64,000 nt of DNA from NCBI GenBank assembly GCA_050251875.1, contig JBFWMA010000011.1, positions 13,938 through 77,937 on the forward strand, given 5' to 3'. How positions within the stretch are numbered: position 1 is the stretch's first letter; each line of letters begins with the position of its first letter. The translations under genes and the position numbers were made by a program. Below are positions 1 to 8,890 of this stretch, piece after piece. The notes beneath the pieces are model-generated. The model searched no databases and had not been told where the DNA came from. It worked only from the letters and a program-made list of their open reading frames with translations. This DNA is from Deferribacterales bacterium. Lineage in GTDB: Bacteria; Chrysiogenota; Deferribacteres; Deferribacterales; Geovibrionaceae.

Positions 1-659
1 TTATCTGGGACGTATCGTTCACAGTATCCCCCGGAGAGATAGTGGCGCTCATAGGCGCTAACGGAGCTGGCAAATCGACCATTCTGCGCACCATATCCGG
101 GCTTGTTCCCCTGACGAAAGGCGAGATAATTTTTGACGGAAAACCGATACACACCATGAACGGTTATGACCTGATCCAGCTGGGGCTGGTGCATGTTCCG
201 GAGGCGAGGAGACTCTTTCCGGAAATGACCGTGGAGGAAAACCTCGATATCGGCGCCCTGAAAGGCGTGGCAAAGAAGAACAGAAAGGCGAACAAAGAGA
301 AGATATTCGAGCTGTTCCCCAGACTCTCTGAGAGACGCCGCCAGCTTTCGGGAACGCTGTCCGGAGGCGAACAGCAGATGCTCGCTATCGGCAGGGGGCT
401 TATGTCCATGCCGAAGATGATGATGCTGGACGAGCCTTCGCTGGGGCTCGCGCCTATTCTGGTGAAAGAGGTATTTAGAGTCATAAAACAGGTGCGGTCA
501 GAGGGAATGACCGTTCTGATAGTGGAGCAGAACGTTAAACAGACGCTGTCCATAGCCGACAGAGCCTATGTTCTGGAAAACGGAAAACTGGTGATGGAAG
601 GCAAGGCTTCTGAGCTGGCAGATGACGAACATGTAAAAGCCGCATATCTGGGCGTGTGA
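1..659 (+). CDS. livF: Branched-chain amino acid ABC transporter ATP-binding protein (5'-truncated by window edge)
   Basis: Walker A GANGAGKST, signature LSGGEQQMLAIGR, Walker B LDEPSLGLAP, C-terminal VKAAYLG typical of LivF; frame is open back to position 3. Confidence 0.9.
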   Translation, partial: IWDVSFTVSPGEIVALIGANGAGKSTILRTISGLVPLTKGEIIFDGKPIHTMNGYDLIQLGLVHVPEARRLFPEMTVEENLDIGALKGVAKKNRKANKEKIFELFPRLSERRRQLSGTLSGGEQQMLAIGRGLMSMPKMMMLDEPSLGLAPILVKEVFRVIKQVRSEGMTVLIVEQNVKQTLSIADRAYVLENGKLVMEGKASELADDEHVKAAYLGV

Positions 660-677
660 AATACGGAGGATTTATTT

Positions 678-1322
678 ATGTATGTAAAGGACTGGATGAC
701 TAAAACAGTTTTTACCGTTGATATAAACGACAGCGTGGTCGCCGCCGTGAGGCTGATGAGAGAAAAAAATATCAAGCATATTCCCGTGATGGATAACGGC
801 AGGCTGAAGGGACTGGTATCCGACAGAAAACTGAAGGAATATCTGCCGTCCAAAGGAACATGTCTGGACGTTTATGAAATGAACTATCTGCTGGAAAACA
901 CCAAAATGTCCGAGATAATGGGCGAAGGCGTTTTCGTGGCTGAGCCGAACCTGCCCATAGAGGAAGCGGCTCTGATGATGATGGAGCATAACATCGGCTG
1001 TCTGCCTGTGGTGGAAAAAGACACCCTGACAGGTATCATATCCGACAAGGATATCTTTAAAGCGATGATAGACATCACAGGAGGCAGCAAAAAAGGATAC
1101 CGCATCACTTTTATTCTGGAAGACATCTCCGGAAGCATCAGGGCGGCGGGAGACGTGGTAAGAAGCTGCGGATTCGGCATTGAAAGCATCCTGAGCGGAC
1201 ACATAGACCTGAAAGACAAAAGAAAGGTGGTTATCCGCACCAGAGGCTCGGGAGACGCGGTTAAAATGAAAAACGACATTCTGGAAAAATATCCGGATGC
1301 CGAAATACTTTTCAGAGGATAA
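678..1322 (+). CDS. CBS-pair plus ACT domain protein (AcuB-like)
   Basis: Two CBS repeats (VKDWMT...IKHIPV...GLVSDR; IGCLPVV...GIISDKDI) and a C-terminal ACT-like region; RBS GGAGG upstream. Confidence 0.85.
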   Translation: MYVKDWMTKTVFTVDINDSVVAAVRLMREKNIKHIPVMDNGRLKGLVSDRKLKEYLPSKGTCLDVYEMNYLLENTKMSEIMGEGVFVAEPNLPIEEAALMMMEHNIGCLPVVEKDTLTGIISDKDIFKAMIDITGGSKKGYRITFILEDISGSIRAAGDVVRSCGFGIESILSGHIDLKDKRKVVIRTRGSGDAVKMKNDILEKYPDAEILFRG

Positions 1323-1327
1323 AATTT

Positions 1328-1718
1328 GCGGCGGGTATAAAACCCCGCCCTACTATCGGCGGGTGTTTCTATTCCACGCTTGCGGGCAAAACCCCGCCCT
1401 ACTGTCGGCGGGCGTTTCTATTCCACGCTTGCGGGCAAAACCCCGCCCTACTATCGGCGGGCGTTTCTATTCCACGCTTGCGGGCAAAACCCCGCCCTAC
1501 TATCGGCGGGCGTTTCTACACCGAGCTAGCTGAAAAACCCCGCCCTACTATCGGCGGGTGTTTCTACACCGAGCTAGCTGAAAAACCCCGCCCTACTGTC
1601 GGCGGGCGTTTCTACACCGAGCTAGCTGAAAAACCCCGCCCTACTTTCGGCGGGCGTTTCTACACCGAGCTAGCTGAAAAACCCCGCCCTACTATCGGCG
1701 GGTGTTTCTATTCCACGC
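1328..1718. repeat. Tandem array of 8 palindromic GTAG-type REP-like units, period 49/48 bp
   Basis: Core AAAACCCCGCCCTACTDTCGGCGGGYGTTTCTA; CCCCGCCCTAC starts at 1343, 1392, 1441, 1490, 1538, 1586, 1634, 1682; linkers TTCCACGCTTGCGGGC x3 then CACCGAGCTAGCTGA x4. Confidence 0.92.
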
Positions 1719-1732
1719 AATAACACCAATTT

Positions 1733-1834
1733 CGTCATTGCGAGCCTGCATCGCAGGCGTGGCAATCTCACACGATCATTTATTCATAAACCAGCCTGAT
1801 GAGACTGCTTCTTCACTACGTTCATCGCAATGAC
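1733..1834. repeat. GTCATTGCGA...TCGCAATGAC palindromic REP/RPE-like element
   Basis: Terminal inverted repeat GTCATTGCGA/TCGCAATGAC with inner GCAATCTC/GAGACTGC; relatives at 6437, 54542 and 57144. Confidence 0.8.
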
Positions 1835-1838
1835 TGCT

Positions 1839-2201
1839 CTATATTTTATGTTCTTTCTTGGTGACAGCTTCCGACTTGACCCTGTCCAGCAGAATCCCCA
1901 GAGCAGGCTTCACATTCTCTCTGATATCGCCGCAGACGATCAGAAAGAGAACATCGTCACCGGGCTTCATAACGCCCTCTCTCGCCTCTATCACTACTTT
2001 ATATATACCTTCCATGTTCTCCACATCTCTGCGGATCTCTTCTATCTTGTCATAGTCGTTCTTGACTTCCATAGCGGTGACAGACGATCCGTCCCCCCTG
2101 CTCCATCCTCTGACTATCCCGTTATGCACGAGAATCATACCGACATTCTCCGCAAACTTGGGATCCTTTTTCAGTTCTGCTATTGTTTTTGATATATCCA
2201 T
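1839..2201 (-). CDS. moaE: Molybdopterin synthase catalytic subunit MoaE family
   Basis: GMILVHNGIVRG...GDIRENV...VKSEAVTKKE resembles the short MoaE type of anaerobic bacteria. Confidence 0.75.
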   Translation of the reverse strand: MDISKTIAELKKDPKFAENVGMILVHNGIVRGWSRGDGSSVTAMEVKNDYDKIEEIRRDVENMEGIYKVVIEAREGVMKPGDDVLFLIVCGDIRENVKPALGILLDRVKSEAVTKKEHKI

Positions 2202-2263
2202 TAGGGTCTCCTTATCCGCTGATAAAGAGATAGTAATACATTCGGCGTGAAATCTCTAGATGT

Positions 2264-2292
2264 AAAAAAAGGAAAGCCGACCTCCTGTCGGC
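2264..2292 (-). terminator. Intrinsic terminator downstream of the EamA gene
   Basis: Minus strand GCCGAC-AGGAG-GTCGGC followed by TTTCCTTTTTTT. Confidence 0.7.
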
Positions 2293-2351
2293 ACCCCATG
2301 AGCTCCGTCTCGGTGGCGCGGTTGTTCCGCTACCACTGACGTTATATCAAG

Positions 2352-3191
2352 TCACATGCCAATTTTTATCATGACGATGCCCAGCATTATGAGCACCGTG
2401 CCTAAAGCTCTGTTGACAGTGAATTTTTCTTTGAAAAACATAATCCCCATAACAGCTCCGAACAGAGTGCTGACCTGTCTGATGGCGGACGCATAGGAAA
2501 GATTTACCATCGTCAGTCCGTATCTGTATGAGATGAATGAGGCAAAAACTACCACCCCGGCAAGGACGACCCACCACTTGTCTTTTTTGATATAATCCAG
2601 CGTCAGATCACCCCTCCGTTTGGAATATACAAAAATAAAACAGGTCATAAAGAATGACATGGAATAGACATATAATATAAAGTTGCCCTGCGAAACACCT
2701 TTTTTATCAACCAATGCTCCAAACGAATAGAAGAACGCACCGACAAGGGCGAAAACAGCTCCTTTTCCAAAATTAAGACCTTTACCCCTGACGTGGTTTA
2801 GAACGACTGTTCCCATAACGGTCAAAATGATCCCAGCCGTGCCCATAAGTGTCAGATGTTCCTTAAGAAATAAAACTGCCCATATCAGAATAAAAAGCGG
2901 CGAAGACGTGGTGAGCGGGTAAACCAGAGATACATCGGAATATTTGTAAGCGGACGAAACTAACAGGTGATAAACAGAAAAAAACGCCGCCGCCATAAAG
3001 GCGCTGATGATCACAGGATACGATATATAGAGATAATGCTTGAAAAAAGTCACATAAACAACTGTAAAGAAAAGAATGTTCGCAAAATGCATGTAAAAAT
3101 TGAAAGCGTATTTATTCTCCGATCTTTTCAGAAGAATGTTCCAGAGGGAGTGTGTGAAAGCGCTGAAAACTATAAATATAAATCCGAGCAT
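2352..3191 (-). CDS. EamA/DMT family transporter
   Basis: About 10 hydrophobic segments in two EamA repeats; motifs HSLWNILLK, SDVSLVYPL, FLKEHLT, FKEKF. Confidence 0.85.
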   Translation of the reverse strand: MLGFIFIVFSAFTHSLWNILLKRSENKYAFNFYMHFANILFFTVVYVTFFKHYLYISYPVIISAFMAAAFFSVYHLLVSSAYKYSDVSLVYPLTTSSPLFILIWAVLFLKEHLTLMGTAGIILTVMGTVVLNHVRGKGLNFGKGAVFALVGAFFYSFGALVDKKGVSQGNFILYVYSMSFFMTCFIFVYSKRRGDLTLDYIKKDKWWVVLAGVVVFASFISYRYGLTMVNLSYASAIRQVSTLFGAVMGIMFFKEKFTVNRALGTVLIMLGIVMIKIGM

Positions 3192-3375
3192 ATTTGCCCC
3201 TTTTTAGGCGCCTGAACAAAACAACTGATGATATTTGAAATAGCGTCTTTTTGCATTTTTATTTTTTTGATTATGTCATATTCTTATCTGTCAGGTCAAT
3301 TATAAATCTTTGTTACATATATTTAAAATATCATTTGAAATCAGTTTTTACACCACCCTGAAAAGACCGATTAAT

Positions 3376-3427
3376 GCACACTGTATACAATTTCTATATT
3401 GACATGGGGTATCATTAATGCTAAAAA
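3376..3427 (+). promoter_or_regulatory. gltA promoter with upstream TGTATACA operator-like palindrome
   Basis: TGTATACA at 3382-3389; TTGACA at 3399-3404, 17-nt spacer, TGc-TAAAAA. Confidence 0.55.
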
Positions 3428-3472
3428 TAAACAGTGTTTAAATCTAAGACAATAAAAAGTGGAGGCATTTCA

Positions 3473-4774
3473 ATGGGACTTAAAGAAGTACTTAAGCAGA
3501 AAATTGATGAGCACCGTCCTAGGACTACAAGACTGCTGAAAGAGTTCGGCAATGTTAAACTTGGCGAATATACAATCGAGCAGTGTATCGGCGGTGGTAG
3601 AGGTATTAAATCTCTCGTTACTGATATCTCTTATCTTGATCCTATGGAAGGAATCCGTTTCCGCGGCTATACAATTCCCGAGGTTATGGAAAAACTCCCC
3701 AAACCCAACGGCAAAGACTATCCTTATGTTGAAGGTTTCTGGTACCTTCTTCTGACAGGCGACATCCCCACAAAAGCTCAGGCTGAAGAAGTTGTTGCAG
3801 ATTTCAAAACTCGCGCACAAGTTCCTCTTTATGTTTTCGACATCCTGAGAGCTATCCCCAGAGACACTCACCCCATGGTAATGTTCTCTGCTGCTATCCT
3901 TTCTATGCAGCGCGAATCTAAATTCGCTAAATTCTACGCTTCAGGCTTCAACAAAATGACAGCTTGGGACTCTATGTATGAAGATTCAACAGATCTTCTT
4001 GCTAAACTTCCCGAGATCGCTGCATACATCTACAGAATGAAATACAAAAACGATACACCTATCGCTCCCGATTACAGCCTTGACTTCGGCGGCAACTTCG
4101 CTCACATGATGGGAATCAAACCTCCTTATGATGACGTTGCCAGAATGTATTTCATCCTTCACTCCGACCACGAGTCAGGAAACGTTTCAGCTCACACAAC
4201 ACACCTTGTTGCTTCAGCTCTGTCAGATGCTTACTACGCTCTGTCTGCTGGTATCAACGGTCTTGCAGGTCCCCTTCACGGTCTTGCTAACCAGGAAGTT
4301 CTGGGCTGGATCCAAGACGTTTATCAGAAACTCGGCGGAAAAGTACCTACAAAAGAAGATCTTGTTAAATTCCTGTGGGACACTCTGAAAGGCGGATCTG
4401 TTATCCCCGGATACGGACACGCAGTTCTTAGAAAAACTGACCCCAGATACACATCACAGAAAGAGTATTGCGAAAAATACCTTCCTAACGATGAGCTTTA
4501 CAAAGTTGTTGCTATGATCTATGAAGTTGCCCCCGGCATCCTTCTTGAGCATGGTAAAGCTAAAAACCCCTGGCCTAACGTTGACGCTCAGTCCGGTGTT
4601 ATCCAGTGGTACTACGGTCTTACAGAGTATGACTTCTACACAGTTCTGTTCGGCGTTGGTAGAGCACTTGGTGTTCTTGCTAACATCACATGGGACAGAG
4701 CTCTCGGCTACGCTATCGAGCGTCCTAAATCAGTCACAACAAAAATGCTCGAAGACGCAGCAGGAATCAAATAA
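3473..4774 (+). CDS. gltA: Citrate (Si)-synthase, eukaryote-like type
   Basis: Motifs HSDHESGNVSAHT, NGLAGPLHGLANQEV, PGYGHAVLRKTDPR, NPWPNVDAQSG, IERPKS; ATG at 3473 after GGAGG. Confidence 0.95.
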   Translation: MGLKEVLKQKIDEHRPRTTRLLKEFGNVKLGEYTIEQCIGGGRGIKSLVTDISYLDPMEGIRFRGYTIPEVMEKLPKPNGKDYPYVEGFWYLLLTGDIPTKAQAEEVVADFKTRAQVPLYVFDILRAIPRDTHPMVMFSAAILSMQRESKFAKFYASGFNKMTAWDSMYEDSTDLLAKLPEIAAYIYRMKYKNDTPIAPDYSLDFGGNFAHMMGIKPPYDDVARMYFILHSDHESGNVSAHTTHLVASALSDAYYALSAGINGLAGPLHGLANQEVLGWIQDVYQKLGGKVPTKEDLVKFLWDTLKGGSVIPGYGHAVLRKTDPRYTSQKEYCEKYLPNDELYKVVAMIYEVAPGILLEHGKAKNPWPNVDAQSGVIQWYYGLTEYDFYTVLFGVGRALGVLANITWDRALGYAIERPKSVTTKMLEDAAGIK

Positions 4775-4799
4775 TTTAACCCTTACGGTTAGATATATA

Positions 4800-4829
4800 A
4801 AAGGCGGTCTTATGACCGCCTTTTTTTTT
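4800..4829 (+). terminator. Intrinsic terminator after gltA
   Basis: AAAGGCGGTC-TTAT-GACCGCCTTT plus T-run. Confidence 0.85.
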
Positions 4830-4909
4830 ATTATTTTACTTTTTTTGAACTGGACTAATAATGTCTTTAGACTGTATTATATTGTTACTATAATCATTCG
4901 GGAGCAGAG

Positions 4910-5755
4910 ATGCAGGGCAGCGGCACACTAAAATCAATTGTAGATTTCAGTAACTTCTTCGACCAGCAGATGTTTGTTCATCAGAGCGGAGACGTGCTGC
5001 ATGTCATCAAAGGCGGCGTGGTGAAACAGTCCAAACTGCCGGCACAGCTCAAACAGATGATTTTGAACCCTAACGTTATGCAGGTGCCTATCACACAGGC
5101 AGGCGAAAAGGTCAACCTCCACATCTTCCGACTGGGAGACGGCATCACCCTTTTTGTTCAGGACCCCGGCACCGGAACGGTTCTTAACAGTTTTGTCATG
5201 AGCCTGATAACCCTCTCTTCCAACGCATGCGGATACAACCCCACAGCAGATGATGGCGATATTAACAAAGTTCTTCTGGATAAACTGGTTGCGGAGTTCG
5301 ACAAGGAGAAGAAAAAATTCTCCATCACAGATAAGCGCCAGAAAGAAGAGATCATAATCCTCGAGGCTCAGGCAAAGGACGCCTACGAGCAGATGGATAA
5401 ACAGACCCGTGACATGATCGAGAGAGAGAAAGAGATGAACAAGCTGAAAAAACAGCTTCAGGATCTCGCCGAAAGCTATAAGGTAATGGAAAAGAATCAT
5501 AAAGAGATGAGCTACACCGGCGATTTCAAAGTCGGCGCGGATATTAAGAAGAAGAACGAAATACTCAGAGAGAACAACAAAACACTTGTCGAAACTCTTA
5601 AAAAGACCTCAGCCGCTCTGGAGGATTACCGCACGGACGTGCTGATGGTTATCACCGATTTTCTGGACAACGTAAAAGCGGACAACGAATCTCAGGTTTC
5701 GCTTATCAACTCCATAAACGAAATTTTCTCGCAGAACAAACACATAGGCGGATAA
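4910..5755 (+). CDS. Hypothetical protein with long C-terminal coiled coil
   Basis: 281-aa ORF, GGGAG RBS, K/E/Q-rich heptad-like C-terminal half; abuts the next gene. Confidence 0.7.
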   Translation: MQGSGTLKSIVDFSNFFDQQMFVHQSGDVLHVIKGGVVKQSKLPAQLKQMILNPNVMQVPITQAGEKVNLHIFRLGDGITLFVQDPGTGTVLNSFVMSLITLSSNACGYNPTADDGDINKVLLDKLVAEFDKEKKKFSITDKRQKEEIIILEAQAKDAYEQMDKQTRDMIEREKEMNKLKKQLQDLAESYKVMEKNHKEMSYTGDFKVGADIKKKNEILRENNKTLVETLKKTSAALEDYRTDVLMVITDFLDNVKADNESQVSLINSINEIFSQNKHIGG

Positions 5756-6391
5756 ATGGAATCTCTATCTTACTGGCTGCTGTTCTTTTCAGCGGCGTTC
5801 GCCCTGTGCGTTTCGCCCGGGCCCGATCTGCTCTATATCCTTTCACAGACCATAGCCAAAGGCACCAAGGCTGGGCTGGCGTCCATGCTTGGCGTATGTT
5901 CCGGAGCGATGGTTCATGTGACTATGGCGGCGCTCGGTCTCTCCGCTATCATGGCGGCTTCCGCTGTGGCTTTCACAGCTGTAAAGCTGGTCGGAGCGGT
6001 ATACCTTATCTATCTGGGGATAAAAGCGTTTCGATCAAAAACAGGTGACGTCCATTTCAAACAGGGACACGACAGCTCTATTACTTTTTTCAAGGCTTAT
6101 AAACAGGGAATCCTGATAGATATCTTTAATCCGAAACCCGCGATTTTCTTCATGGCGTTCCTGCCTCAGTTCGTCCGTGTTGAGCTGGGACATACGTCCG
6201 CACAGCTCTTTGTTCTGGGTACACTGGTGGTGATGGTCGGTCTTTTGGTTGAGGCTGTTGTGGTCTTTACCGCCGGCAATACCACTGCCTTTTTCAGAGG
6301 CAACCGGAGGATGTCCGGTCTGCTGAACAAAGCCCTCGGCTCTGTGATGATTTACCTGGGCGTGCGCTTAGCCCTCATTCATAATAAATAA
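5756..6391 (+). CDS. LysE/RhtB family amino acid exporter
   Basis: SPGPD, GAVYLIYLG, NPKPAIFFMAFLPQF motifs. Confidence 0.92.
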   Translation: MESLSYWLLFFSAAFALCVSPGPDLLYILSQTIAKGTKAGLASMLGVCSGAMVHVTMAALGLSAIMAASAVAFTAVKLVGAVYLIYLGIKAFRSKTGDVHFKQGHDSSITFFKAYKQGILIDIFNPKPAIFFMAFLPQFVRVELGHTSAQLFVLGTLVVMVGLLVEAVVVFTAGNTTAFFRGNRRMSGLLNKALGSVMIYLGVRLALIHNK

Positions 6392-6396
6392 GAAAT

Positions 6397-6469
6397 CTCC
6401 CCTAGCCCCTCTTTCCGGAAAGAGGGGAACAATGCAGTCATTGCGAGGAACGCAGTGACGAAGCAATCT
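6397..6469. repeat. Hairpin CCCCTCTTTCCGGAAAGAGGGG plus half GTCATTGCGAG element between convergent genes
   Basis: 6437-6469 matches the reverse complement of 57187-57219 with 2 mismatches. Confidence 0.7.
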
Positions 6470-6472
6470 TTC

Positions 6473-7579
6473 TTATTCTATCTCTAAGCCTTTTTCACGG
6501 CGGATGGTTTCGATCTTTTCCAGCGGTTTTTCAAGCTGATTTTTGCGGGTGGTGGTCAGGGTTTCGAACTCCCTTCTGGCATCGTCCAGCCTTCTGCCCA
6601 TCATCTCCAGCTTTTCACTGAACATGCCCCACTGTTTATAGAATTCGCCGAACAGTTTCAGCATTTCGCCGGATGTGCTGTCGAATGAGAAATTCTCCAC
6701 CGACTGCCTGATGACCGCCAGCACGGCGAACAGCGACATGGGCGAACAGAGAATGACCCTGTGTCCCAGAGCGAAATCCATCACGCTGTCGTCATGTTCG
6801 TATATAAACTCATAGACGCTCTCATTCGGAATGAACAGCAGAACCACGTCCACCGTGTTCTCAGTCTGATCTATGTATCCTCTGTCCTTCACGTCTTTTA
6901 TCTTCGTCCGGACGTCTTTGACGAACGCTTTCAGGCAGGCTTCCCGCTCCGCTCCGTCAGTCTGAAAAAATCTGGTATAGTTATCCAGAGGAAATTTCAC
7001 GTCCATATTCAGAATGAGTCCCTTCGGCAGAAAGAATGTGAAATCCGGTCTGCTTCCGTTCTTCATGGTGCTCTGTTCTCTGTAGTTCACGCCGTCTATC
7101 ATGCCGGACGCCCTGATGATATCCAGAGCCATACGCTCGCCCCATCTGCCCCGTTCGGCTGTGGATGACAGCGCTCTGCTGAGATCTCCGGTAACGTCAG
7201 TGAGCCTCTCTGTCTGGCGCACAGTGCTCTTTATCTGTTCGGTTATCTCGGTAAATTTTGACTCCCGCTCTTTCTCCATAGAAGACATAAATAACTGTAT
7301 CTTTTCGAGATTTTCTTTCATGTGGATGAGCTGGGCGTCTATCAGTTCTTTTTTGCCTTCCAGCCGTCTTTCGCCGTCACCCGCTTTGGCCTCCAGCACA
7401 GAGCCTGCCAGCTTCAGAAATTCCTCAGAGTTTTTAGACAGGCTGTCCATGGACACCTGAGCGAACACTCCCTTCATCTCGTCCGTCATGGCACGTTCCT
7501 TCCGCCCCAGATACCATGCGGCAAAAAAGCCGATAACAGCACCCAGAACGAATATCAGAACAGAGATGAAAGCTGTCAT
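6473..7579 (-). CDS. rmuC: DNA recombination protein RmuC
   Basis: N-terminal TM, coiled coil, RGRWGE, RPD, DVKFPL, LFIPNE motifs. Confidence 0.92.
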   Translation of the reverse strand: MTAFISVLIFVLGAVIGFFAAWYLGRKERAMTDEMKGVFAQVSMDSLSKNSEEFLKLAGSVLEAKAGDGERRLEGKKELIDAQLIHMKENLEKIQLFMSSMEKERESKFTEITEQIKSTVRQTERLTDVTGDLSRALSSTAERGRWGERMALDIIRASGMIDGVNYREQSTMKNGSRPDFTFFLPKGLILNMDVKFPLDNYTRFFQTDGAEREACLKAFVKDVRTKIKDVKDRGYIDQTENTVDVVLLFIPNESVYEFIYEHDDSVMDFALGHRVILCSPMSLFAVLAVIRQSVENFSFDSTSGEMLKLFGEFYKQWGMFSEKLEMMGRRLDDARREFETLTTTRKNQLEKPLEKIETIRREKGLEIE

Positions 7580-8193
7580 ATGCCCGCCTTTATCTTTATC
7601 AGAGCGTTCATGACCGCTCCGGCGCAGGGGCTTCCGCCCTTTGTGCCGATGTTGGTGATGAACTCCATATCCGTGTGCGTCAGCATCTCTTTGCTCTCGG
7701 CAGCCATCACAAATCCCACAGGCAGACCGATCACCAGAGCCGGATTCACCCTGCCCTGCTCTTTCAGCTCCATCAGCTTCAGCAGAGCTGTGGGGGCGTT
7801 GCCTACGGCATATATGGCGTCAGGATATTTCTCAGCGGCGTATTCCATGCTGTATTCCGCACGGGTCTTGCCTTCACGCTTAGCACCATCTATTACATTC
7901 TCATCTGTGATGAAGCAGAATTTTTCGATTCCGGCGGCGTCCAGATATTTTGACGTTATGGCGGTCTTCACCATGTTCACGTCAGTTATCACGGGCAGTT
8001 TTCTGTCCAGAGCGTCCATCGCCCTGTCTATGGCGTTTTTGCTGAAAAGTGTCATCTCAGCAAACTCAAAGTCTCCGGTGGTATGTATCAGACGCATGAC
8101 GACTTTCTTCTGTCTGTCGTCATATTTTGAAAGATCACAGCCCGCTTCGATAATCTCGAACGACTGCTTCTCTATGTTGTCGCCTTTGTTCAT
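7576..8193 (-). CDS. cbiC: Precorrin-8X/cobalt-precorrin-8 methylmutase (CbiC/CobH)
   Basis: IEKQSFEII, RLIHTTGD, VGNAPTAL, GLPVGFV, KGGS motifs. Confidence 0.93.
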   Translation of the reverse strand: MNKGDNIEKQSFEIIEAGCDLSKYDDRQKKVVMRLIHTTGDFEFAEMTLFSKNAIDRAMDALDRKLPVITDVNMVKTAITSKYLDAAGIEKFCFITDENVIDGAKREGKTRAEYSMEYAAEKYPDAIYAVGNAPTALLKLMELKEQGRVNPALVIGLPVGFVMAAESKEMLTHTDMEFITNIGTKGGSPCAGAVMNALIKIKAGI

Positions 8194-8195
8194 TT

Positions 8196-8879
8196 TTATC
8201 CTTTTTTCAGTATGGCGGTGGAGAGATAGTTGATGTCTCTTACCTCGTCAGAGTTCAGATCCAGAATTATCTCATCCTTCAGTGTGGCACGGGAGATCAC
8301 ATAGGCTGTTTTTATCCCGTTGTCTTTTACAAATTTTTTCAGTAAGTCCAGTTTGTTATGCACCTTCATCACAAAGACCGTGGCGAATTTTTCGGTACAT
8401 TCTTTCATAAAAGATGTGTCGTCCCTCATCTCCACCGTGCAGAAGCTCTCGTCCTTCTCCGTCACGGGCATGCAGAGGATGTTCGGCACCGCCGAAATGG
8501 CTGATATTCCGGGGATGAATTCGGTCCTGACCCCGTGCTTCTCCAGCTTGTGCGCCAGATAGTTCAGGGTGGAGTATATAGGAGCATCGCCGATGGTTAT
8601 ATAGCTGATCTTTTTGCCGTCTTTCAGCATATCAGCCACCTGTTCCGCCAGCTCGGCGTATTTTGTGTCCAGATCGTCCTTATCCCCTGTCATGGGGAAG
8701 TAATACATATATATCTTCTCTTCCGGGACAATATCTTTGATTATGTCTTTCGCCAGGCTTCTGCCTGTTTTGTTCGACTGGGGAACGACAACAATGTCGC
8801 TCTCGTTCATTATTCGAACCGCTTTCAGAGTCAGCAGTTCAGGGTCTCCGGGTCCGAGACCTATGCCGTAAACTTTCAT
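8196..8879 (-). CDS. cobI: Precorrin-2 C20-methyltransferase (CobI/CbiL)
   Basis: GIGLGPGDPELLTLKA, YFPM, ITIGDAPIYST, IPGISA. Confidence 0.88.
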   Translation of the reverse strand: MKVYGIGLGPGDPELLTLKAVRIMNESDIVVVPQSNKTGRSLAKDIIKDIVPEEKIYMYYFPMTGDKDDLDTKYAELAEQVADMLKDGKKISYITIGDAPIYSTLNYLAHKLEKHGVRTEFIPGISAISAVPNILCMPVTEKDESFCTVEMRDDTSFMKECTEKFATVFVMKVHNKLDLLKKFVKDNGIKTAYVISRATLKDEIILDLNSDEVRDINYLSTAILKKG

Positions 8880-8890
8880 TATAACTCCTC

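Noticed and set aside
1328..1718. CRISPR array
   Set aside because: Spacers are only 15-16 nt and repeated (two types), no cas genes or leader in the window, and the core matches a GTAG-type REP
1297..1723. ORFs 1297-1533 and 1478-1723 with repeated peptides (ELAEKPRPTIGGRFYT)
   Set aside because: By-products of the 48/49-bp DNA repeat; no clear RBS
1796..1834. Hammerhead ribozyme (CTGATGAG core)
   Set aside because: No stem II followed by GAAA; the sequence is part of the palindromic repeat arm
2202..2351. Moco riboswitch upstream of moaE
   Set aside because: I could not find the expected conserved elements
7322..8233. 303-aa plus-strand ORF and other long antisense ORFs (13143-14369, 27789-28601, 9202-9861, 58882-59535)
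   Set aside because: Shadow frames opposite well-supported genes, with no recognisable motifs
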